Part shown: positions 1-12,448 of the stretch, in pieces
Position numbering within the stretch: the first letter of the stretch is position 1
Layout: each line of letters begins with the position of its first letter
From: Phoronis australis
Taxonomy: Eukaryota > Animalia > Phoronida
Direction of reading: 5' to 3'
DNA length: 64,000 nt
Assembly: GCA_002633005.1 (NCBI GenBank)
Contig: NMRA01000426.1
Location: forward strand, 330,506 to 394,505
Position numbers and translations under genes: made by a program
The notes under the pieces: generated by a model
Seen by the model: the letters and a program-made list of their open reading frames with translations, nothing else
What the model was told of the DNA's origin: nothing
Database searches by the model: none

Positions 1-780
1 AAGATCTTTAATTATTAGTTTGAATATTCTGAATACAACAAAAATCTTGGTTCACTTTAATAGGATACCAAACCCTAAAATAAAATAATGCTCTGTAACG
101 CTTGACAGCCCTAAAAAATGTAGGGAAATTGAAAACTACTTTCAAAGTCTACTAAGCGGACATACGTAACCTTCGCGTTTAGCAAATTAATCGGCAACTG
201 TGGGGAAAAGACCACCCACCAATCCGTGGCATAGGGAGTATGAGTTTTTAATTGATTCCTATTTTTATCTTTCAAGATTGACGCCAATGATACATTAGCA
301 GGTGACTGAACGAGGATTGGTTGGAATCATCAAAACACGGTTTAGTATCCTTTTAAATGGGCGTTCTATCAGTCTACGTCATCCATTATTAGTCACTGCA
401 TCAATGAGAAGTAGCGAGGAATCGAAATCTCTAACTTCGCAATAAAAGCAGAAGGCTTTATTGAGACTGAGCCAAATCCCTCGGGGTAAATAGCAAATAA
501 TTTAAGTGAGAAAGATACTGACCTTGATTTCAGAGCAGACAGCAGCGAGAATTTGTAATAAAATCACAAAAACACGACGGATGTTTTAGTTTTACATCTC
601 TGATCAAACCTAACAACTCCAGGGAGTTGATCCATCCAACGATAATCCCAAAAATGCGTTCCTCGGACGTAAAACCGATAACGGTCCTTTGAGTCTGAAT
701 ACGTACAATCATTCACGGGAATATCAACTCTATGCTAGTTGCAACGTTTTCTCTTTTCTAAAAAACCGCAGCGTCTTGTT

Positions 781-944
781 TGCAATAACGTGCGTACGAG
801 TGTGTTAGCTACTTCTGGGCTTGCAATAACGTCGGTACGACTTTGTTAGCTACTACTGGGCTTGCAATAACGTGCGTACGACTGTGTTAGCTGCTACTGG
901 GCTTGCGATAACGTGCGTACGACTGTGTTAGCTACTACTGGGCT
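781..944. repeat. 41-bp minisatellite, 4 copies
   Basis: Unit TGCAATAACGTGCGTACGACTGTGTTAGCTACTACTGGGCT starts at 781, 822, 863 and 904. Confidence 0.95.
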
Positions 945-2369
945 TACGACCTAAGGTAAAAAGAGCTTCAGGGTCGGGCCGGTCCCGTTTTATCAAGGTC
1001 GTGCATTTCAGTAGGGTCTTAACTTAGGAGGTCATAACTTCGATTTTAATATGCATACGATTAATTTACGAGGCCCGTGAACGCGTCTGCCAAGCTTGAG
1101 TATAAAAAAATCCATTTAACATCAGCTACAACGTTTGCACTATCGTACCAATAGCCATCTTGGCTAGGATCAAGTGTACGACCCTTGAGAAAACGGATAT
1201 CCGACGCGCAAATTGTAAAGCAAAACTTACATGCATTTTTCTTTCTCCTTCTATCGGGGAATACCAACTACTTTCTCTGACAATTGCTACAAAGTTGGCC
1301 TATGTCATACGACGAAAATTCCAAAGTCCACAGACACAAAACGTCGTCCGACTAAGAACAGGTCTGGAAACGCTAAACATACTCAAATCTCGGAAGTTCT
1401 AAAATTAATCCATATCGAAAAATATCCACTCTCCATCTCATCTACGTCATAGTCACTAATCACTCGAGCTATAGCAAATTTCCTTTCTAACCTTCAAAGT
1501 ATCGCTATAGCGTTTACTTTCAAGACACTACGACTACACTTGGAACTCCCGATGATTCAGGTAATTTCCCGTTTTCGGGTTCAGATCAATCCGGGGGAAG
1601 TAAAGACTATTTAAAATCACTTCTTGTTGTTTGTGTATACAAAATCAATAGCTTCGACAACAGCTCTCTATCACTTTGTTCTTGGAAAGTCTGTATCTTA
1701 AACTTAGTATTAAGTATTAAGTAGAAACACTGGAAAATGCAATTAATAAAATGTTATTTTTAAGCAAGTCGCAATAGCAAATCCCAATTAAAACGCCTTC
1801 CATGCTTTTCCTGCGAGATGGCAGGGGAAACTGTTTAACAGTAAACAGGTTTTATTTTTTCATGTTCACATTGCACTGCAAGTTCAATTTGCATAAGTGC
1901 AGGGCCAAACTGGCAAAAGTTGAAAACGGGTCAAATCACAACCGATTTTTGAGTACTTCTACAAAAAAAATCTTTCACAATGAAAATAAATTTATGTTTC
2001 CATTCATCATAACAAAAAAAACAAGTCAGTCCACTGTAGCTTAATTATGCGTTTGAATGACATAGCGGAAGGAATTGAAAATGTAGCGTTTGAAACGTTA
2101 GAACAAGACGATAAATAGTTTTGAATGGTGTACGTTTTAGCAAACAAAAATTTATGAGGATACAGAGATCATTGATTGGCATTATTTTCACCTGATTGGC
2201 TTGAGCTTGGGGAAATTTTCAATTTAAGTTTTTTCTATCCCAAAAACTGTAAAACATGCAGTTAGAATAACGTAAACTTAAGAGTTTTACGTACTTCTGT
2301 ATGTTGTCTACACACGATTTGACTCACAAGTTTATAGATCACGTGAATCCTTACGTCAATCCCAGACGA

Positions 2370-3000
2370 TGTCTACTGTTCAGCAAAGACGAGTCGTCGA
2401 TAACCTCAACTTGACCTTTATCGACCCAGCACTTGCCATCCTTCTCTGGAATCGAGACGTTTCGTTGTGTTTGTTCTCTACAAGGGATGAAACTCACTTC
2501 CATTTGATCATCGTTCACACGGAAACCTACAGTAAAACCTGTAAGAGGAAGGTTGTGGGACTCAGATGAATAGTAACAAGGTTTCCTGCGGTGACAGTTA
2601 TACTCATTTCTCCCGCTGCTTCTGTTTGTAGTTGGGCGACAGTAATCAATGCATGCATATTCTGTTTGCGCGATCCATCAGGGAATGCAGACTTCAGTTC
2701 ACACAATACAACGAATGTTTTCCTGACACTGCCTTGTACGATACCCATCTCTCGTGTAGAAAACTGTAAAATTTACAATTTCCTTGCTGTCGACTTACAA
2801 CGCTTACGCTAAGCTGCTTAGCCATAAATGAAATGCCTTGTGGGGACCACAGGCTATTCACTACTGCTTGGAGACGCACTCCTCGCGCTGCATGGAACAC
2901 GTGGATTCCTTAAGAAGCTGCATCGAGATTTTGGGAAAACTAAGAATCATTTTAAGAATGCCACTTGCAAGCAATTCACCTTTCTCGTTGATCTTGCATT
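2370..3000 (-). pseudogene. Possible heavily eroded DNA-transposase relic
   Basis: Minus-strand fragments LHERWVSYKAVSGKHSLYCV and VNDDQMEVSFI...DGKCWVDK resemble, from memory, C-terminal blocks of uncharacterised invertebrate transposases. Many stops and frameshifts. Confidence 0.3.
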
Positions 3001-4101
3001 GACAAACGCCCTGAGCCCGGGTATAGTCTTTGAATCGAAACCGAAATCGTTTTCGTTTTCCTTTAATACGATCTCAAGACCATTACCTGGAGTTCATACG
3101 TTAATCATTCCAAATTTGCATTTGGTGACTCAAACATTAAAGTTACTAACTCGAGTGAAATCTCGAGACTTCGAATAAAATCTCGAGAAATTATAAATTT
3201 CATGCTGAGCTAATCTAGTGCAAAATAGGTTTACACAGTCATTCATGTTAGCCACAATATTTACCAGTACGGAATAATGGGTATTTATATTGAATTTGGG
3301 CTAAACAGAATGGGGAAGGTTAACAGTGATTCCGAGGACGACTTCGAGTAAAAAGGCAAGACCTCGGGACCTGGTCTTTCTCAGATAGAGACAAGACTTG
3401 AGAAGACCTAATTCTTTTTGTCCAAAAATACGAGCCCCGTATCCATTCAAAAACCTGCCATCTTCCTTACTCTCAACAGGTGTCAACACCTGTTTTATCA
3501 CTTTTTGGCTTTCATCCAGATGAATAGAACTTCTAGCTACAGGGTCACATACTAGTGGTAGATACGCGCCCCGTTTAAGTGGCGAAAACTGGTCCGGCAC
3601 CTTTAGATGTTTTAGCGCTGCAGCCTCCTTTTTGTTGAAAGTGTTTCTTGAGTCTTCTTCCTGATTTGACGAGGCTACATCAGCTGGAAAACGGGTTATC
3701 GTTATCCTCTTGTGTTTGAAGTGCAATATTTTTGTTTAACCTTTTAAAATCCCCTGGCGAAACTTGTTTGATTTTGTTGTCCCCCCCTCTCTCTTTCTCT
3801 TTCTCTATCAGTCACGTGGTGTCGTTTTCTTTCTCGACCCTTAAGTGTTTTGGTCACAGAAAGTCAATGATTAACTTTCAGAAATAATCCCAGAGTTGAG
3901 ATGACGCTTTGGTTATTGTAAATGAAACTGTAAGATAGTGAACACTGTCATTCATCAGCACATCAAATGACACAACAGTATGACAATGTCTGGTGATGGG
4001 TTTAGCCCTTCATCCCGGCTCGCATCAGTACGACTACAATAACTGTACAATGAACTAAACTAGAGTCCACTCCGTTTGTTAGTCAATTCAGAAGACACGG
4101 A

Positions 4102-4486
4102 AACTACCAACTCCATCAAGTCTACCTTCAAATCTAACAATGAGGTGGGTTAATAGTTTGAATAACACTTACTACCAAACTAGTGATGAAAGTATTCGTT
4201 TATTCCAAGTTATAACATTTCAACTACCAACTCCATCAAGTCTACCTTCAAATCTAACAATGAGGTGGGTTAATAGTTTGAACAACACTTACTACCAAAC
4301 TAGTGATGAAAGTATTCGTTTATTCCAAGTTATAACTAGTGATGAAAGTATTCGTTTATTCCAAGTTATAACTAGTGATGAAAGTATTCGTTTATTCCAA
4401 GTTATAACTAGTGATGAAAGTATTCGTTTATTCCAAGTTATAACTAGTGATGAAAGTATTCGTTTATTCCAAGTTATAACATTTCA
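4102..4486. repeat. Nested tandem repeat: two 120-bp units, with a 36-bp subunit expanded about 5 times in the second
   Basis: AACTACCAACTCC... at 4102 and 4222; ACTAGTGATGAAAGTATTCGTTTATTCCAAGTTATA repeated over ~4299-4478. Confidence 0.95.
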
Positions 4487-6036
4487 ATTTCCATTCTTTC
4501 TTTTATTGCTACCCATTATTTGTTAAAAGCGAATTTAGTATTTTACGAAAATTGGCTGCTAGAATTTTAAATTAACTTTTCCAGTCTGAAATGTCGAGGA
4601 CGGAAAGCTCCTATTTGGTCCATTCCTTAGGAATACATTGATTAACGGGCCTTCATGGACCATTTTTTGCTTGGCATATGTTCTGTGTATCTCAATAGCA
4701 TGTAAGATTACAATGAAATAAATTTTATATGACTAGAAAGGGAGTGGAGACGTAAAATTTTCACATTTTTCTGAAAACATTTGTTAGTAAACATGAAAAA
4801 ATACGACAAGTATTAATACATGAAATTCAGTCCAATTTCCAAATGTCTCAAGCATTAGATTTCGTACATGACAAATTTTATAGCTGCCCTGTTTTAGAAA
4901 AAAAAAATGAAGGCCCAAATTCCGTGATTTGACCCAAACCTTACTTTAAATGGCTCAGTCTCTTTTGTGTCGCACTTTTGAACAAAATATCTCGCCTCTT
5001 TCAGATTATCTTTACCATCTGTTAATGATTTCGGCATCGAAAGCGCGTGCAAATGAAGATCTTGAATGTCACGGATTTCCTACCTCCAAGACATACTTTC
5101 CAAGACAAGTTTTGAGCGTAAAAAGAGAGCGTCTTAGAGTCTCTCAATATTCCTGAAGAACAACTTCTTGGTATGAAGAGGTGGGTGAGTATTGCAAATC
5201 GTTTACGTTCGTTTCTGTCTGCTGGCGATGCTCAATGAGCACTCATCCCCCATTTCTTTGTACACCACTCTATGGAGTCTCTCACTATCCGTGCAAGGGT
5301 GAAGTTATTCGTAGTAATGTTTAAGCGTCTAGAAAGAGTGTCTAAGAGATGCTCTCAATTCCCGACGAACAACGTCCTGATGAGAAAAAATGAAGAATTT
5401 ACTAATCGCTAACGCTAATCTAACGTCAATACTACGCGTTTTAACGAGCCTTCTTCACACTTTAAGGCGATATCAAAACATTTTTTGAAGTAAAAGAAGA
5501 AAGAGTCTCCGTGTCTTCATAGAGCGCGGATGAATGTTGTGTATTACACGGCATGATTTTCGTGACATGCCGAGAGGTTTACTATCCTACTCACCTTTCG
5601 CTTCATAAACAAGGTGATGTCACGGTAAGGTAGCCTGTGTCTAGATAAGAAACAGCCGATTCAGAGAACCAGTAGACATTTAACAGTCTGGCTGGCGCGT
5701 CACTCTGTCTTACTTTGACTTCAGGTTCACCTGCATGTTTTTTTAATCAACATTAAAACAACTGGTGATTGGTTACCATGGAAACACTTCCGATGAATCT
5801 CCCATATTATGCTTTCAAAGCCATTATTCAAAAAACTCGGCTAGCGATTTATTATCGGTATCATATCCTTAATGACTTACCGTTTGAAATATTCATAACA
5901 GTTTTGTCACTTTCAGCAACGCAATGAAACGTTCCACTGACGCTGTTTTAGAACGTATAATTCTATGAGTGCATTTTGCCATATACCTTATTTTTTGCAG
6001 TTTTGCAAATTTTTGACGTTTCTCTAAAACGTTCTT

Positions 6037-6320
6037 GGGTCCGTTCCAAGAAACTGAGTTTAGTTAATGTTTTACTTTAGTCTAAGATTGTCTCAGCTTT
6101 CAAACTTCCAAATCCGGTAATTCAAATCTCAATTTTAGGTCAAAGATAAAACTTAAATTTGTTTCATGTCCGCTCGAAGAAAGATATCTTGAATTTGACT
6201 TAAGTTTTTGATTTAAGTTTTATTTTAATTTTGAATTACCGGATTTGGAAGTTTGAAAGCTGAGACAATCTTAGACTAAAGTAAAACATTAACTAAACTC
6301 AGTTTCTTGGAACGGGACCC
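6037..6320. mobile_element. MITE with ~90-bp near-perfect terminal inverted repeats (PIF/Harbinger-like termini)
   Basis: GGGTCCGTTCCAAGAAACTGAG...CCGGTAATTCAAA (6037-~6126) is the reverse complement of TTTGAATTACCGG...CTTGGAACGGGACCC (~6230-6320). No ORF; TSD ambiguous. Confidence 0.85.
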
Positions 6321-6756
6321 TTGCCTGCACCTTTTACAAGTTGGTTCTTAATTCTAAGGGAAATAGAAATACAAAAAGTACAACACAGTTAGTTGCAAAT
6401 CACATTATTGCTAAGGTTGGTATCATTTTGTTTTGTCATTCTAGTAAAAGCATCAAGAATATTAATGATAATGACAACGAAAGTGATTTGAACCGATTTC
6501 TGAACTTGAGAACAACTAGCAAATCGATTGAACTCGATACTTGAAGTTAAAATTAGGTGTTTTAGTAACGGGGGTGTCAGCCAATTGATTGTTTGGTTTT
6601 TACTTTAAATGTCATAGGAGATGCTAGTAAACAAATATCAGCTTAATATACAGTTTGAAGGTTTAGCAAAGGGGCTAGCTATAAATATGAAAGTTAAACC
6701 CTTTCTTCTAGTGTTGAAGGCAGTTTATCTGACATATAGGCGCATTAAATTGGGTG

Positions 6757-7203
6757 TTGTAAATTGAATAGATGGCAGGGAATTCATTTGACAGACAAAT
6801 TCGGCAATGTAAATTAAATAGATGGCAGGGTATTCGTTTGACAGACAAATTAGCAATGTAAATTGAATAGATGGCAGGGTACACATTTGACATAGAAAAT
6901 TGGCAATGTAAATTGAATAGATGGCAGGGAATTCATTTGACAGACAAAATTGACAATGTAAATTAAATAGATGGCAGGGTATACATTTGACAGACAAATT
7001 AGCAATGTAAATTGAATAGATGGCAGGGAATTCATTTGACAGACAAAACTGACAATGTAAACTGAATAGAGGTTAAGGTAATCAACTGACAGAAGCTTGG
7101 CAATGTACATTGAATAGATGATAGGGTATTCATTTGGCAGACACACTTTACCATGTAAACTGAATAGATGATAAGGTATTCATTTGACAGAAAACTTGGC
7201 AAT
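6757..7203. repeat. ~49-bp minisatellite, about 9 copies
   Basis: Unit TGTAAATTGAATAGATGGCAGGGAATTCATTTGACAGACAAATTAGCAA, diverging towards the right end. Confidence 0.95.
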
Positions 7204-8212
7204 AAACAAAGGAAACTAATATACCGCGATGCAAACTATTACTTCTGCCTAATTTTAGAAAGCATGCGCTCCACGTTCCACCAGGAAGTGAAACCTAAAA
7301 ATCCATCTCAGATGGAAATGTAATCGTAATTCCGATGAAACAAACGTTACCAATGACGAACGAGGTCATAAGCAGAACATCAACTGGAATGGTGTCTCAA
7401 ATAGTCTCCAGAGATTGAACGAGAGTTTGTGTACCTAACAAGTACGATTTCAGTGTTACGCAACATGTTATAGATATCACTTCAAATGAACACAAATTAT
7501 GCAGCATCGGCATCTGCATTCTTGTAATGAGTTAAAGTTCAATGATGTTGGATAATAGTGTGTTACTTCATCCACAACATAATATTAATAACTTTAAATT
7601 TGCGATGGCGCTTTACTGTCGCCACCATACGGGGCTTTCATGAAGCTTAAGTCAGAAATTTCGTTTCACGTCTCATAATATGATTTCAGTAACATTATTC
7701 ACAGTGCAAAAAAGTCACTGAGAAAAAATTGTTACATGATTACATAATTTAGATACGTTTCTGCTAAACTGTGATACTGATAACTTTATTTCAGAAACTG
7801 CGAAGCGGGGGCCCCAGACCAACTTTCTGACTTCAGCCATTGTTCATGAAACTGGCCTCAGAGAGATATCCGACAAGACCTCGCTAAACTCATAAGTGAC
7901 AAGTCTTCTTTCTTCAATGTTTGACTTACACATCACTAAACGAGTGAGTGTGTTGAAGTAGGTTTGTAATTAGCTACCTAACACGCTTGACTTCAGCCTA
8001 TAAACGATATCATTTTTATAATAAATCATTAATAACCGGGCTACGTGCCACGTACCGCCATCCCTAAAAAATGATATCAAGCATGCATGATGACAGCGTG
8101 CGCCTTCGTAAGAAACTAAGAAAGTTTGTAAAACAATTTAAACGGTGCTGGTTTTAATCTTAATCGTATGTTCTTATCAGACTTCATCGCTCCACCTTCT
8201 TTCCAGTGTGTG

Positions 8213-8660
8213 CGTAGTGGTAGTGGTCGCTGTAATGGTGGGCCGTGGTAATATCTATGGCAATAGTAGTGGCAGTGGTCGCTATAACGGTTATGGTCGT
8301 GGTACATAGGCGGATTTAGGGGGGCAGGGGGCCCGGGCCCCACCTTGGCTGGCGTTCCGTTTTTTACTTTTTTAGTCCACTGGTAGATTTCCTAGACATA
8401 AGGTTCACATGCTCGGCCTGGCATCTTTCGGGCCATGCGCTGCATATACAATCGCGCTTTGTCCTCTTCCCCGAGACAACGTGTTGGCCCCCCCTTATAG
8501 TATCCTAGATCCGCCACTGTGGTAATATTTACGGCAACAGTAGTGGTAGTGGTCGCTGTAATGGTTATGGTCGTGGTAATATTTACGGCAATAGTAGTGG
8601 TAGTGGTTGCTGTAATGGTTATGGTCATGGTAATATTTCCGGCAATAGTAGTGGTAGCTG
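8213..8660. repeat. ~54-bp GT-rich minisatellite interrupted by a MITE
   Basis: Unit GTAGTGGTAGTGGTCGCTGTAATGGTTATGGTCGTGGTAATATTTACGGCAATA on both sides of 8305-8519. Confidence 0.9.
8305..8519. mobile_element. Non-autonomous hAT-like element
   Basis: Termini CATAGGCGGATTTAGG and CCTAGATCCGCCACTG, subterminal G/C runs, flanked by direct repeat TGGTA (8300-8304, 8520-8524). Confidence 0.8.
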
Positions 8661-9268
8661 TAGCTCCCTTCGCAGCTCCCTCATATGGTAAGAGTGGTGC
8701 TGCAATTTCAACGCCATGACACCAGGAATTTTTGTTGTGGAAGCCACTGCTCTTGGGCGAGTTCAACATCAGTTGCCAGCAACGACCATGGGATCTTGAA
8801 TGTTTGTGCCGAAAGGAGAATGCCACACTTGCCAAACAGCATTTCTGCTGCACCAGGCCTGCGTTGAATGGACAAATTACAATATGCAATGTGTTCCGAT
8901 TGGACTTCAGTGGGGGGGGGTGTATTTTCAAAAGTAAACTTTTGTTATCGCATGCGAGGCCAGGGGTAAAACACTTTGACTCACCCGTTTAGAATTTTAG
9001 GAACAGCTCTCTTGTTGTGCATTCTATCTCAGTTTGTCTCACCTTTACTTATTTTGATATTCCTCGATCTCCATCTCGATTTCTTTTCTTGTTTCATTCA
9101 TGTGACGAGATGTTGTTGAGTTTCAGGATTATTTTTAGACCATTTCCGGTTTCCCCAAAACTGATCAGTCAAAATGCGCATGCCGTGTGACGTTTGTATT
9201 GAGCTAATGTTCCGAGACAGCGGAAAATTTGACAATGATACTGTAGTAGTGTGAGTCTCGAGCGTTAC

Positions 9269-9489
9269 CTAAGAACCATTGCAGCCGAAAACCTACGTGT
9301 TAAGATGAACCTCAAGCGAAAGATAGCTGAGGTGACGGCTCAAGTAAGGGCATGTGAATACAAGATTAGTACGAACTAAGAGCTAGTCCATTTGATTGTT
9401 GTCGCCTTCACTTGACGTGAGCTGTCAGCTATCGTTCACTTCAGGCAGACAGCAGAGCTCGTAGCTTTTCTTCTGCGCTGGCACTTAGA
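9269..9489. mobile_element. Old diverged MITE-like inverted repeat
   Basis: CTAAGAACCA..GAAAACCTACG..GATAGCTGA..TCAAGTAAGGGC pairs imperfectly with GCCTTCACTTGA..TCAGCTATC..CGTAGCTTTTC..TGGCACTTAG. Confidence 0.5.
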
Positions 9490-9504
9490 ACACAAGTTTC
9501 CGTC

Positions 9505-10012
9505 GTGATAATGGTCGTGTTGGTGGTAGTCTCCATCATAATGGAATTGGTAGAGGTAGTTACAGAGCTAGTGGTCGTGGTAATGGTTGTGTTAGTGGTA
9601 GTCTGTCATAATGGAATTGGTAGAGGTAGTTACAGAGCTAGTGGTCGTGGTAATGGTTGTGTTGGTGGTAGTCTGTCATAATGGAATTGGAAGAGGTAGT
9701 TACAGAGCTAGTGGTCGTGGTAATGGTCGTGTTGGTGGTTGTCATAATGGAATTGGTAGAGGTAGTTACAGAGCTAGTGGTCGTGGTCGTGGTAATGGTT
9801 GTGTTGGGGGTAGTCTGTCATAATGGAATTGGTAGAGGTAGTTACAGAGATAGTGGTCATGGTAATGGTTGTGTTGGTGGTAGTCTGTCATAATGGAATT
9901 GGTAGAGGTAGTTACAGAGCTAGTGGTCGTGGTAATGGTAATGGTCGTGTTGGTGGTAGTCTTCATCATAATGGAATTGGTAGAGGTAGTTACAAGAATA
10001 ATAGTCGTGGTA
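9505..10012. repeat. ~70-bp GT-rich minisatellite, about 7 copies
   Basis: Unit CATAATGGAATTGGTAGAGGTAGTTACAGAGCTAGTGGTCGTGGTAATGGTTGTGTTGGTGGTAGTCTGT. Confidence 0.95.
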
Positions 10013-10544
10013 TGACTATTGGTTTGTGGTTTAATAATTTCTTATGTCAGGGAATGTTTGTGCGCGTGTGTGTACGTGTCTGTGTAGTGTGTTTGTGTGA
10101 AAAGCACTTGAACAGAATATGCTGATTTCAAAGTTTGGCTTTTTGACTCTAATCCCATGCTGTGACGGTCGTCGACCAGGAAGTCAGATAACTGGTTTGG
10201 GTGAAAAGGAGTTCATTCTCCACGAACTATGATGTGAGGACAAAATAATTGTCAGTGGCTGTTCTTGTAATGGTAAGCGATTAATTCAATCTGTTCCGCG
10301 TGGAATAGTTTATTGATTTTGCTTCCCATAAAACTGAGTCTGAATAGACAAGCATGGACAAACAACAGCTTATAAACCCTCACTATCCATGTTCGAATAC
10401 AGCAAGCGTTTTAAATGGCATGTAACGTACAGTTAGTTGATGAATTCACACATTTCTTTTGTTTTTCGTTGATGCTAAGGATGACCAGCTTAGCAACATT
10501 CAACTTTCCCTTTCGAATGTCAGATATTTACAATGATACATAAC

Positions 10545-10868
10545 GCGGAGTTGTCGTGAGGACTCGATTGGGACCTCAGGGGTCTCACGCTCCACCGGCT
10601 AATTTGAAAAGGCTTTGTCCAATCACGGCGAAAATACAAACGCGCGAGTCATATTTCTTCAGGCAGCCCTTAGCGGCTTCACGGGCAATAAAATGTAATC
10701 GACCGAATAGATTCGTCGACCACAGATCTACCCTGTGGTTTTTCCGCGTGATCCCAGACCGCCCCGAGTTGCTCCAGCAGCCAACTCGGGGCGGTCTCTC
10801 ACGAGGGTTTAGCGTTATGAACAACAACACTATCAACAACAACAACAACAACACAACAAGAAAAAAAA
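10545..10868 (+). mobile_element. Structured retroposon-like repeat (SINE or non-LTR 3' end) with (AAC)n/A tail
   Basis: Several hairpins, including a perfect 16-bp stem (10756-10771/10782-10797), then an (AAC)n/poly-A tail at 10820-10868. The 5' part recurs at ~59005-59097. Confidence 0.6.
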
Positions 10869-10887
10869 TCCAAAATTAAGTACTTAC

Positions 10888-11017
10888 TGCTTTAATACCA
10901 ATCTCAACCGATGCTTTCTGCACCCCGTTGTCCATGGTAACCACTGCTTGAGTGGACACATAGTCCTGACCTGACACTGCCTGCTGATTGGTTGGTAGAG
11001 AGGTGTCACGGGCAGTC
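10888..11017 (-). CDS. ADGRV1: Calx-beta domain exon, ADGRV1/VLGR1(GPR98)-like (second of two)
   Basis: tttcgtAG acceptor and GTAAGT donor; 130 nt, phase 2 to 0. Encodes TARDTSLPTNQQAVSGQDYVSTQAVVTMDNGVQKASVEIGIKA (A-x-x-G-x-DY Calx-beta signature), in frame with 11744-11915. Confidence 0.75.
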
Positions 11018-11743
11018 CTACGAAACAGTGAAACCAGAGTCAAGTTTTGCTCAGGAAACAGTGCCAAAGCTAACAACGTGATATCTTGTTATTACCGTTT
11101 CTATAGAAAAATGAGTCTGATTAATAAGTTCTAAGAAAATGTTAAAATTTCATTATAATACCGCAGTCTTGTAGCTATTACCCTTCTAGGTATAAATCCA
11201 TCCCCAAGTCCGTTCATTATTTCCCTCATGTACAATTTTCAGAATAAACTACTAGTGAAACTTGACAAAACTCAGAGACTGAAAAACTTGGACAATTTTT
11301 GCCAGAATTATTTGGCAGTGTAGTCTAACTTTTTGTAACAATAAAATGGCATTGTTGTCGAATTTCAATCAGAGTTTAACGTGACATCATTGCACTTACT
11401 CTCTAACTGTTTACCTGTGAATGGGCTTGCGAGGCAACTTGTAATTTCAGCAAAATGCGTGGAGCAACACATTTTAAGATTTTCTCGAGATTGAGCCCAA
11501 ATTGTAAAGCGTTCTTGCCGAAAGGAAAATACATTCAGTCACAGATTTGCACATCAAAACTTCATCAAATTTCTTGCTTGTTCAGTCATGTCAACCCACG
11601 CAGATTTAAACTCACGCCAATTAAGGACCTCTGAACATAATGTTAAAGTCAGTTCATTTTTGACAAGTACTTGAGCTCAGGAATATTTAATCAAAATATT
11701 TAAAATTATTTCTTGACCAAGCATACTCCACCACCCCACTCAC

Positions 11744-11915
11744 ACATAAGTGATTTCAATCTTTCCCTGAGTTCCCTGTTCCCTCACTAGGTGGAGCATC
11801 ACAGTTGTGTCTGATCCCTCTGGTTCAGTTGTAGTCACAGTGGTACGCTCCCAGGACACTACACCATGGGGAGAATCGTTGGCTAGCACGGTCAACCTGG
11901 CAGTGTCGCGCTGAC
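11744..11915 (-). CDS. ADGRV1: Calx-beta domain exon, ADGRV1/VLGR1(GPR98)-like (first of two)
   Basis: ttttgacccAG acceptor and GTGAGT donor; 172 nt. Encodes GQRDTARLTVLANDSPHGVVSW...VREQGTQGKIEITYV, matching the (I/V)-x-ANDxPxG-V-(F/W) and VxRxxGxxG motifs of ADGRV1 Calx-beta repeats. Confidence 0.8.
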
Positions 11916-12076
11916 CTGGGTCAAAACAAGAGGTCAAAGTTCAAACTATAGCAAAGGCCTGGGTTGAATTTTCAAAATTTCAGTGCGACACATCGAGAAG
12001 ACAAGTCTTTACATTGCAACAGTCTTCAGGTTGCACAGAAAGGTGGTATTAACTCTAATTAGTAATTAGTAATTAG

Positions 12077-12448
12077 NNNNNNNNNNNNNNNNNNNNNNNN
12101 NNNNNNNNNNNNNNNNNNNNNNNNNNNNNNNNNNNNNNNNNNNNNNNNNNNNNNNNNNNNNNNNNNNNNNNNNNNNNNNNNNNNNNNNNNNNNNNNNNNN
12201 NNNNNNNNNNNNNNNNNNNNNNNNNNNNNNNNNNNNNNNNNNNNNNNNNNNNNNNNNNNNNNNNNNNNNNNNNNNNNNNNNNNNNNNNNNNNNNNNNNNN
12301 NNNNNNNNNNNNNNNNNNNNNNNNNNNNNNNNNNNNNNNNNNNNNNNNNNNNNNNNNNNNNNNNNNNNNNNNNNNNNNNNNNNNNNNNNNNNNNNNNNNN
12401 NNNNNNNNNNNNNNNNNNNNNNNNNNNNNNNNNNNNNNNNNNNNNNNN
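12077..12448. other. Assembly gap (N run)
   Basis: 372 N bases, directly followed by a tandem array. Confidence 1.

Noticed and set aside
3301-3726. 141-aa minus-strand ORF
   Set aside because: Non-ATG start, no recognisable domain or splice partners; at most part of the adjacent eroded element.
4140-4526. 128-aa ORF with TSDESIRLFQVI repeats
   Set aside because: It stays open only because the 120-bp and 36-bp repeat units are multiples of three; no splice or domain support.
6757-7203. ATAGATGGCAG in the 49-bp array as a CTCF array
   Set aside because: It lacks the upstream CC of the CTCF core, so only half the motif matches.
8116-10125. Thr-, Val-, His- and Gly-rich ORFs on both strands
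   Set aside because: They are translations of GT-rich minisatellites and read through a MITE insertion.
10551-10572. Short similarity to U11 snRNA (TGTCGTGAG...ACTCGATTG)
   Set aside because: The intervening U11 stem and canonical Sm site are absent, and the second copy lacks the match.
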